From NCBI GenBank assembly GCA_051362555.1, contig CM120640.1, positions 50,570,788 through 50,634,787 on the forward strand: DNA of 64,000 nt. The letters run 5' to 3'. Shown here piece by piece: positions 54,901 to 64,000 of the stretch. This DNA comes from Lingula anatina. Taxonomy: Eukaryota; Animalia; Brachiopoda. The notes beneath the pieces are model-generated. The model searched no databases. It was not told the origin of the DNA and saw only the letters and a list, made by a program, of their open reading frames with translations. Within the stretch, counting starts at the first letter, position 1; each line of letters opens with the position of its first letter. The translations under genes were made by a program, and so were the position numbers.

Positions 54901-57900
54901 GTCTTGTACTTTAATGGTACCTTTTAAAAATGTTTGAAACATTTCAAACAGAACATGAATGTTGTAGATGCAGGGAAATAATTGAAAGTGTGTTGTAACA
55001 ACAAATATCAAGTCTTAATGCATTCAACACTTTTCAAAACAAATTTTGTAGTCAAAGGATGTTCCTCTGCAGCTTTCTTAAAAATTGCTCTTTTTTATAA
55101 TCTCTATACAGCTTATATTCATTTTTTGTCTTCACAATTTCAGCTGACATGTGCCCTCCACCTAGGGTTTCCCGGCAATTCCGTCCTGTCAGTGGCACCT
55201 TTGCTATTGGATCTACCATTGGTTTGGCATGCATTTCTGGTTATGTGGCCAAGGGAGACATCACCATAACCTGTCAGAAAAATAAGCGCTGGAGCTCTCC
55301 ATCAGGAACCTGTGAAAGTAAGAATTACACAGGAAGTTTTAAGATGTGGAGGGTGTTTATTTGGATCTACTGGTGTAGTCCTTTATATCTCAGGCTGAAT
55401 AGGACATATTTGGGGTGAACCAAAGAAAATGGCAACAGACTTTATTATTATTTCACCGTGCATGTCTGTGAAGTCTCCAAAACATCATAGCAACAAGTCC
55501 CAAAGAATAAGGGCATGCCAAATGTAGCTAATTGGCATTAATTAATTATGGAAGTCAATTTCCATGCAGATTAATATGCACCCCTTACATGTAAGACAGT
55601 GCTTCCAGGTGCCTCAACAGGTAAAACTGGCACTTTAACACAATGGCAGCCCTACTTGTTTTTGTTGTGTTGATCAGCACATTCTGTAGTTCATGTCAAA
55701 TAAGATTGATGAATACAAAATTAAGAAAGTGAAAGAAAAACTCAAATAAGATTTATATGTTACAGGGTATATAATCTTTAAATGCTTTTAAAATTTTACT
55801 GGAAATATTCTGCTGTAATTGAGCTGTACAAATATGGGCCTATCATTTATATTTTTTCTAGGGGTATATTGTGGCCCCCCAAAAACGGATGAGAAAACTG
55901 TTCAGTACATTTTTGCCAGAAGGGGTGACAACTACACATACCGAGACAGAGTGGTAGTTGTGTGTAAACCAGGACTAGCACCAGGCACTCATCATTATCT
56001 TACATGTAGAGAGAACGGGAAGTGGGATGGAGTGGCAGCATGCAAAGAGGGTATGAGATGACAACATGTGTATTTTTGTGATGTTTGAGGAAAATTAAAG
56101 GCCGTAAGTGAGTTAAAGTTACAGTTTCTCAGTCACAATTTTATTTTATTTTTCAATGGAATGAATCGCATATTGTCAAAAGTTTATTGTGCACTGAATT
56201 TTGTTGGATTCTAGTCACTTGTGCCCAGAAATGTAAAAATGGAGGGACATGTGTAGGAAGAAACAAGTGTTCATGTCGGCCTGGATTTAAAGGAGAACAC
56301 TGCGAACAAGGTCAGTTTTGTGCACATTAAATATATATTGATAAGTTCATATAGAGCCAACTGAAATTTGCATAAGAATAAGGAAAAATACTCTTGGAAA
56401 TGTATGGTCATAAGAGTATAGTCTGATTTCTTATGTTTCTAATGTTGTCCAGTCTAAAATGATAAAATTTAAAAAATAAAAAAACAAACTCCAAAGAAAA
56501 AGAAAGTAATACAATAGATCAATTGTTGTAACTTCACATTTCTTACTGGATGAAAAGGTTTCAATTAGCCAAAGTTTCTGTACTGGTAAAAATGAAGAGA
56601 AAAGAGTGTCCTGAAATTTTGCAGAAGTTTTACGATATATTCACTAATGACCCCCCCAAAAAAAGCCATATTTTCATGGTAAACTACCTGATTTGGGTGC
56701 TGCTGGTTTATATTTACATGGTCATTTGCCTGAAATTTTGTTGCTGTATATAGAGTATATAAAGTTGAGACATGACATGTTTTTACATTTGCATATATAT
56801 TTGTTTTGCTTCAGCAATCTGTGTATTGCCCTGCATGCATGGAGGGACATGTGTGGCCCCCTATAGGTGTACATGTAAACCTGGGTATACAGGAACAAGG
56901 TGTGAGAAAGGTACTGTAGCAGTGATATGATAAACCCAAAATAATTTAAATTTTCAGAATAAAATTAAAACACCGAAATAGTCCAGTTTTGCAAAAAATC
57001 CAGAAAATATTTACAAATGTGTCCCATTACAGCAATCTTTTTTTTTTTTTTTACTTCAGTTTTTAGCACTCAAAAGTGTCATTGATAAGTTTTTGACTAC
57101 TAGTATACATACTAGGCAATAATAACCCAACTAAAAAAGATTCTTCATTCTAAAAATTTGCAAAAAAAAAAAAAAAAAAAAAAAAAAATACTGATAGCAT
57201 CTGGGTAATTGGTGTTCCATTTGGTAAATCAGATATCCCCGTTATTCTGTAAGATTGTGCTTGCTGTTGTTATTTACAAGGGCATATAAGATCTATGTTA
57301 AATTTTTCAGCCATATGTAGCCGACCCTGCGCTAATGGCGGTCAGTGTATTGAGCCAGAGATATGTCAGTGTATGCACGGGTGGATGCCACCTTACTGTG
57401 AGGAGTATAGGTAAGTACTGATGAGACTGAATGAAAGTTTGGTGTATTTAGTTGTTTTAAAATAAAAATGAAATTATAATTAAATACTGGGGCCTATGTT
57501 TAAATGAGAAATCAACACGTTTCAGTCTATTTAGCTTACAATCCGACCTTTGATGCTAACTACCCTACTTGTGGAACCAGGCCTTGGAGAACACATTGTC
57601 ACTATGTAACATCAATGACAGTCCACCTTCAGTTCACCAAAAGAGCCCTTGCGATTAAGGCTAAATGTGAAGACTTCATTTCAAGCCAATGAGATTAAAT
57701 TATAATTCCATTTTCTCTAACTGATGAGACAATTGGCAAAATTTCAGTGCTTTTTTTTAACAGTATATTTATTTGTAATAATTTCCACAAAACATCAGAG
57801 GTGAGAATGATGTACACACTTAAAACTTAAGAACTTTTCATAAAGTCATCATATACACCACTGGCATGAGAAAACATTCTGATGAAATGCAATATATGCC

Positions 57901-58328
57901 AATTCCTGGTCAGCATTTAGGTGATTGATGTGGCATACTCCATTGAGTAAGTTTCTGTGACATTTTGTACACCTTTCTTTCAGGTCCCCTTTATTTATTT
58001 CTTTCGCAAGTTTTTGACTGTGCATTGTTTTCATTTTGGTGACCCTATCCCTTTAAGTATTAAACCACATTTTTGTTTTATCAAAAATCTGCAGATCAAC
58101 TTTGACAGGCTCCTTTTAAAATCAGCATTTTTTATTGTAAATACTGTTGCAAAGTTTTTGGTCTGGTTTCTGTATTTGTCAGCTTTGCTGTCTAGTTTTG
58201 AGAATATGCTGGTAGATTTAGCAATTTATGATTTATAATTGATTCATGTACATTGTTTCTTAATTTTCAGGCATGATTGGAGGAGTCATTTTTATAGTAA
58301 AAGGAGGAAAAAAAGGCAGATTCATTGA
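27460..58328 (+). CDS. SVEP1: SVEP1/polydom: secreted sushi, VWA, EGF and pentraxin domain protein, ~4344 aa, 35 coding exons
   Basis: Exons: 27460-27951, 32877-33132, 33317-33493, 35821-35982, 36364-36543, 36786-36965, 37252-37446, 37648-37896, 38208-38444, 38857-39045, 39428-39549, 39796-39871, 40187-40270, 40395-40607, 40908-41069, 41207-41368, 41553-41714, 41943-42080, 42392-42505, 42824-42937, 43220-43421, 43643-43800, 44888-45086, 45329-45501, 45723-45962, 46214-46381, 46840-47013, 47266-54435, 54718-54891, 55144-55317, 55862-56050, 56215-56310, 56815-56910, 57311-57410, 58271-58328 (13035 nt, divisible by 3). Domain order is signal peptide, VWA (MIDAS DSSGS), ephrin-receptor-like, 3 sushi, 2 HYR, sushi, RRKR linker, 3 ephrin-receptor-like, 6 EGF, pentraxin, sushi array, 3 EGF, which is the SVEP1 architecture. 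An alternative in-frame ATG lies at 27409. Confidence 0.93.
30934..31008. repeat. (AAT)n followed directly by (TTA)n, forming a self-complementary microsatellite
   Basis: Directly visible in SVEP1 intron 1. Confidence 0.9.
31261..31296. repeat. (GA)n microsatellite
   Basis: Directly visible. Confidence 0.85.
32179..32241. repeat. (GT)n(AT)n compound microsatellite
   Basis: Directly visible. Confidence 0.9.
32813..32850. repeat. (AAT)n microsatellite just upstream of the SVEP1 exon 2 acceptor
   Basis: Directly visible. Confidence 0.9.
33908..33996. repeat. (CA)n/(CATA)n compound microsatellite
   Basis: Directly visible. Confidence 0.85.
43815..44641 (+). mobile_element. Internally deleted Tc1/mariner element (DDD type, rosa/maT-like) in SVEP1 intron 22
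   Basis: TA|CAGGGTGGTCC...GGACCAACCTG|TA ends. Transposase C-terminal remnant [20 protein letters not shown]...RGAWIEHI at 43883-44119. A 26-bp internal inverted repeat at 43831-43856 / 44489-44514. Confidence 0.8.
44121..44482 (+). mobile_element. HINE/Helentron-type element (family A) inserted into the mariner remnant
   Basis: TTACCTCTGCCAAGGAGGTT 5' hairpin, (TGTT)n microsatellite, two AGTTATGGACC..TTTTGATGAAATTTTCAGGAACTGTCA core units, and a CCTTGGCGGAGGT...CTAGT 3' end. Confidence 0.75.
47266..54435 (+). CDS. SVEP1: SVEP1 giant exon 28 encoding 41 tandem sushi/CCP modules
   Basis: A 7170-bp open frame between TTTTACAG| and |GTGAGG. I counted 41 C-xx-P...Y-x-C-xx-G[YF]...C...W...P-x-C repeats. 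Confidence 0.95.
57780..58199 (+). repeat. Degenerate HINE-like remnant in the last SVEP1 intron
   Basis: Ends with TGTCAGCTTTGCTGTCTAGTTT, resembling the HINE-B 3' hairpin and CTAGT terminus. The 5' boundary is uncertain. Confidence 0.3.
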
Positions 58329-59919
58329 CAGGAATAAACAAGAAATATTTTGTTAAAAACGCATTCATAACCATTGATGTACAGAAAAATGGCTTTATAC
58401 AAATTCCAACAATTCTTGCTATCTATTTTCTGTACCAGTTATGAGGAAATAAATTGTTACATATATTTTGGTGGTCAAGAATATCTACCAGCATAAGTGG
58501 TTTGATGCCGTCAAATGTTGTTTATATAATTTCATAAGCAGCAGAATGCTGAAGCAGCATTATGAGAAATGCAAAATCAAAATGTGTAATTTTCATCATT
58601 TTTTTTATTTCATTGTAAAATGTTCTTAAATACATAATACATTAAAATGATTGTTCACCTCTGTTAGCATTACATTTGTAAGGTTTTACAACGGTACATA
58701 CACTAAATAAACAGCAAAAACAGTTCATTGTAAATGGATAATGATGTTGCCATGTCCAATGTCTTAATTACTTCAACTGATACAGTATCTATAACATTGC
58801 AAAGTACTGAGAATTTATTAGCTCATTATGGAATTGTCACATTCAGCCTTAAGCATGAAGCAAGTTTTGATCATTCATAATGCTTAGCCTATTTAATTTC
58901 ACAATCATAATCTTAACGAGAACATTTTTTATGTGACTTTAAAACGACTTGTCAATAAGTCAGCTATATTACAACTGTTTAATCAGCTGAAATCCTGTAT
59001 TCTTTAAATGTAATTTTACAAGTTAATAAGTAATGAAATTACAACACCTGCTCAAAATACATTTTGTGTTCATTAAAATTACAGCAATGCATGCTACTGA
59101 GTACCATTAAATACAGTTATTTAAAAATAAAGTATTTTTTAAAATGCTTTAGTAAAATATCTTGACATATGCAGTCAAGTGACGAAGGTTGTTGTCAAGT
59201 ACTGGAAAGTTGCTAAACATGTCATTAAGATTTATCTTACATCATTTCTCAGGTTAAAATCTAGAAACACTCTTACAAAGGCTTCCATATCCAACAGAAA
59301 AATATTTTGATTATTCAGCACGGTTGTGTCAGCCATAGCATGTTAAGACAGGATAGACTTTATCTTGTGATAAAAAGTGCTAGATTGGGTTCATTGTATT
59401 TTCTGCTGTTAAATTTTATATTTTGGCATTTCTATCACATTTGTCCACAGAAGGATGTGTGATCCTAGAAATTAACCATCTTTAAAAAAGAACAGGCAAT
59501 TTCAAATGATCCCAATATGTCCCAATATTGATCTATTTCAGCTTTATGCAATAAATACTGAAAACATATTCACAACAAATAACAGCCAATTAGTCACTTG
59601 AAATCAAAATGAATGGTGAAAACAGTTCAGTTGTACTGTTAAATTTTCAAAAGACAATACCTGACAAACATATTCAGCTATGTTAACAAATTTGTGAAAT
59701 AGCTCACCTTATTACCTCTGTTGTGTCAAAGCATGGAACACCAACCAAACATTTCAATAAAAAATGCTTCTGGATATCACCCAGTCACTCGAGGACACAC
59801 TGGTATACTTTAAGACCAAGGCCTTACTTATAAGCTGCATCTAAGTTTGAATACAATGGCCTCCATTTTGCATCAGGGCAAAAATACAGCAGAATGGATA
59901 AGCCCAAACAACACCACAG

Positions 59920-61230
59920 ACAGAGTGTCTGATACCATTTAAGAATTGAATGATCTGTAAAATGATCTAGTCACCAGCAATGACAATATCATGGTTGACA
60001 AGGAAACCCTTTTCCTGCCATACAACCATGGGGTAGGAAAAAAATTCACGAAGTACATGCTGACATAAAACCAGTGATTGCGAAAGGCGTCGGACCACGG
60101 CCATATGCTGGCAAAATTCTGTGGGATGGAAAACCCTTATAACTCATTGGCCCACATGACCGATGGACTAAAGTCGACACCTTGCCTCATATCTGAATTT
60201 ATCGTAAAGCTCTGAACACGCACTAGATATTTCGTATCAAATACATGCATGCCAGCCTGTCCATAAGACCTAGTGGACGTGGTTTTTATCCGATTGGGTG
60301 GTACAACCAGTAATGGACGTTTCTGTATCGAAACGAATGTTACTCTCTCTCCAGGCAGAAGATACTCGCTGCTGCTTGGAGAGTATGTGGTCATGTGACC
60401 GCAAGTATCGCCAGCGCGATGGTGATGTCAAAAATCTCCTCGTGGCTCGATGTTGTAGAAAAAAATAATGAAAAAAGACCACAAAGACCACTAACACTAA
60501 CAGACAAGCATTTTTCCAAGAGTATGATAAGACAAAGAACAAACGTTTAACCCTAAAAAATGTGGCAAAGTGAATGATTTTATGAGAGATATTACACTGA
60601 TAGTGACAGTGATGCAAATGACATGGACATTGAACTCTAGAATCTTGTTTGACATATTTTTGGCAACCTTACCAGCATGATTTATTTAATCATTTTTACT
60701 TCACTTACTTCCCTTACATTGAATATATATAACTTTCAATGAAGCATCCTGTGTGCATGAATAAAGACTATAACAGCAACAAGGACCTTTAATGAAAAGT
60801 TAGAAAAGTTGGAAGCTCCACATCACTATGACTTACATTTTAATTTAAATTTTAATTAAAAAAAAAGGTGTGGGCTGTCAAAATTTAATTTGCTCCAGCC
60901 CACATGTCTGGTAAGTGTTCAATCTCTTTGGCAATCATTGTTAAACTAATAATGGGGGTTAAAACTTGTATCAGCACCAACAGAACAGGTACTGGAGAAG
61001 AATACAGTTTCACCAGAATGAAAGTGAACAGAAAGGCTTTAAAAAGGTAGCAAGCAGTGCGAAGGTACTAGCTACATAGTTTTTTTAATGAGAAACCTGT
61101 CACACCTCAAGTTGTTGCTAGTTCAAAAAGGACTTGGAGATGTAATTAAGTAAGATGAAAAGCTCACAATGTGGGAAAAGTTATTCAATCAAGTAGGGGA
61201 AACAATCTCATTAAGCAAGGCTAGTAGTAA
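59920..61230 (+). pseudogene. Highly decayed piggyBac-like transposase remnant, split by the hAT element at 60072-60940
   Basis: Frameshifted fragments ELNDL*NDLVTSNDNIMVDK, KYM..(W)GVKT..TG and PQVVA..KGLGDVIK*DEKLTM..EKLFNQ resemble piggyBac motifs (LN..F...SVDE, QYMPxKPxKWGxK, PxxVxxYNxxMGGVDxxDQ). Confidence 0.4.
60072..60940 (+). mobile_element. Non-autonomous hAT-like element, copy 1 (6-bp TSD)
   Basis: TAAAAC|CAGTGATTGCGAAAG...CTTTGGCAATCATTG|TTAAAC. Both ends are shared with 62042-63681. Confidence 0.72.
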
Positions 61231-61574
61231 AACCATGGGATTGAACCAGACACCAAAAAGTCCTCGAATACTGTATGTGAGGACATTACATAGGCAAATA
61301 GGCTTCTGGATCGGTTGAAGGTAATGTTTTGGCAGTAAAACTCATTAAAAATCTAGAGCCCTAGGAAGCTGGGCTGGAAGAGACACACGGTTGCTGATGG
61401 CACTGAAAAGAGGCCATGGTTTCCAAACCCACTCCCTCCAGCTGGAGTTAAGACGCAGTTTCCCACCCACCCCTCTGGCTAAAGAAAGCCCACAGACTTC
61501 CACCCCAGTCCCTCCAGCTGAAGAGAGGGCCACGTTCCAGTCACCCCACCCTCTTCAGCCGCACCTACTGTTGA

Positions 61575-61940
61575 CAGGGGCAGAGGCAAGAAGGGCAAAG
61601 CTGTTGATCAGCAGCCAGAAAGGATGAAGCCCAGGAGGAATTTCACCTTCACCAAAGAAGATGATGATGCCGTCTTTGAGTGGCTGTAGGAGAAAGAGCT
61701 GCTGTGGAGAAATGGACACAGGCTTTTTAAGGACACCAACAGAAAGAAGGCATTAGGGGAAGCTTAGGGAAGGGAGCTGGATGTGACAGGTGAACATCTC
61801 CAGGGCTGAGGGAGAGGCGCGCACTCCTGGTATGTAAAACTCAACAGGGTGAGGTTTTGCCAGGCTGCCAAGAAATTCACTGAAATGAGAAGTATGTGCT
61901 CCAAAAGAATGCCCTCTACCAGAGAGAGCTTAGACACTGA
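61575..61940 (+). pseudogene. MADF/Myb-SANT-like coding remnant with in-frame stops (Harbinger accessory ORF-like)
   Basis: MKPRRNFTFTKEDDDAVFEWL*EKELLWRNGHRLFKDTNRKKALGEA*GRELDVTGEHLQG*GRGAHSWYVKLNRVRFCQAAKKFTE fits the MADF pattern and is preceded by a Pro/Ser-rich stretch. Confidence 0.55.
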
Positions 61941-62041
61941 TCCTCAGCACCCATGAAATCTCTAAGTCATGTTTTCCAAATGGTTATTTGTATTTCCTTC
62001 CCTTTCTTGTACTGATTCACCTTCATTCTACCACCCTCATT

Positions 62042-63681
62042 CAGTGATTGCGAAAGCCGTCGGACCACGGCCATATGCCGGCAAAAGTTCTGTGGGCTGG
62101 AAAACCCTTTTAACTCATCGGCCCACATGTCCGACGGACTAAAGTCAGTTTCTTTAACAGACACCTCGCCTCATATTTGAATTTATCGTAAAGCTCTAAG
62201 TACGCACTATTCGCAAGTAAAACTTTAACTTGCGCCATACTGGCGCGTTTTGTAATAAAGGTCTACGTACATTATGATGTCGCTTGAAGTGTGCGTAGCA
62301 ATGGTGTGAGGGCTGACATGTGACCCGTTTCACAAAAAAATGTATCGAAACTGAAACAACTACAGGTCAATGAAAAACGTACTGCTCAAGACTCTGAAAA
62401 CAGGCCGCTCAAACTGCTTACGACTGGCCACGCGCGGACCTCTGAGAACACCTAACTACACGTGCTGGGTAAACAAGTATGGCTTCCGTCGGACTGCATG
62501 TTGAGTAAACGATAAGTGAAAAGGAGAAATATTCATTTGCTTTTTAGACGGGTGCTCTTAACTAATTTTAACGGATATTTTAAGTCATATTGCGCCTTTA
62601 GCGGTGCTATATGTCAAAATGAGGGACAACATCATTTTCCATGCGGAAAATCCGCAATGGTACAGTCTGGGTGCAAAACTATCCATTACAGTATATTCAT
62701 CTAAACTTTAGTCTTAGATATTGAATAAAAATTCTTTTCAGACTCTGGCCCGTAGCCAGGGATGGTTCAGGGGTTTCGAAAGAACCGCCTCTTATGCTGA
62801 CAAAAGGTCCACTCTTGGTAAAATTTGATCTAGGTACATGGCGTTTTTATGGAAAAAGACCCTCCCCCCCCTTTTAAAATTGCTGGCTACGGGCCTGCTA
62901 TGAGAGCAATAGCTTTATTTTACAATAAAATGGGATTTGTCTACCTTTTCCATGTAGTGCAATTATTTGGCATAGTGCAATTATCAATTCTGAAGATTTT
63001 TCCATTAAGTACTGTACAATTTTTCAGACAGTATGTTTATTTTGGAAGATTTTTCCACACACTACAATTATTTAGGACTTCAGAGTAGTAGCATTAAGCC
63101 CTTTTTCATTGATTTTAATCATATAAAAAATATTGAAATACAATGAATTTTCTTTAAATAATTCACGGCACACATTTTTAAAAAATGGCACACTTTTTTT
63201 GACCAAGTGGGCCAAAATGGCCCGACCAGATTTTGACCCAGGACAATCCCTGCTAACAGACAAGCATTTTTCCAAGAGTGAAAATCTAAAAAACGTTACA
63301 AAAGTTGGAAGCTCCACTTCACTATGACTTATGTTTTTTCAAAAATTGGAATAAAATTTACAAAGGATACATGATCTTGTGTTAAAAGATTAGAAATTAA
63401 GATAGGCAACCCAGATGTAAAAAGGATAAAACTTAAATGCCAGAAAGCAACCAAAATGAAAGACGTTTAAACTTAAACCTTTAAACATCCTATTACATCT
63501 GGCCTGAAAATTAAAAAGCAACGATTTAAAATGCCAGACAATAATATTCATCAAAAATGAAGTGAAAATATACAGCTTGATTATTTTGTTGTGGGCCGGT
63601 AAAAAAAGGTGTGGGCCGACAAAATTTAATTTGCTCCAGCCCACATGTCTGGTAAGTTTTCAATCTCTTTCGCAATCACTG
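62042..63681 (+). mobile_element. Non-autonomous hAT-like element, copy 2 (perfect 15-bp TIR, 6-bp TSD)
   Basis: CTCATT|CAGTGATTGCGAAAG...CTTTCGCAATCACTG|CTCATT. Confidence 0.78.
62745..62897. mobile_element. Small MITE nested in hAT copy 2
   Basis: Inverted termini CTGGCCCGTAGCCAG / CTGGCTACGGGCCTG (14 of 15 positions complementary). No clear TSD. Confidence 0.55.
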
Positions 63682-64000
63682 CTCATTTGCATATGAGATC
63701 ACATAAGATGCACAAAGGTTAGTCCCAGCTAACACTGGCTGAACATAAATAGGTCAGACATAGTTGTGTTGGCATAAGTGCTCTGAGCATGTGCAAGATG
63801 TGGATTGTGATGCTCAAATAGACACTTTAACACAAGCAGTCTCTACAATTCTGCCTGTGGTTCAGCAAATAAGCGCCAATATGACAGGGAATGACTCAAC
63901 TAACGAAGAAGGAGATAATGTTGAGGATGATTTTGCCACAGAGGAACCTACCAGTGCGGCCGTCACTGTGCCAGCTGACACAGAAAATTTGCTGGCTTTA

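Noticed and set aside
58400-59800. Possible convergent gene downstream of SVEP1
   Set aside because: UTR-like AT-rich sequence with no supportable exon or ORF.

Overview
AT-rich, intron-containing invertebrate animal genomic DNA. A lophotrochozoan or mollusc-like origin is my inference only. Four spliced protein-coding genes can be rebuilt by hand from GT-AG junctions: the 3' part of MTG1 (+), DOHH (-), a C9orf72 orthologue (+, head-to-head with DOHH), and a ~4344-aa SVEP1/polydom (+, 35 coding exons, including one 7170-bp exon with 41 sushi modules). Introns and the right end hold many non-autonomous DNA transposons: two near-identical Kolobok copies, Helentron-type HINEs (some nested), a PIF-like MITE, a mariner remnant, hAT-like elements with 6-bp target duplications, and decayed piggyBac and MADF coding remnants. 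The best leads are an unannotated 90-aa two-transmembrane ORF inside the C9orf72 5' region and a sharp CpG-rich to CpG-poor switch at ~41.1 kb in the middle of SVEP1. No rRNA, tRNA or CRISPR features were seen. All homology calls come from recalled family motifs, not database searches.
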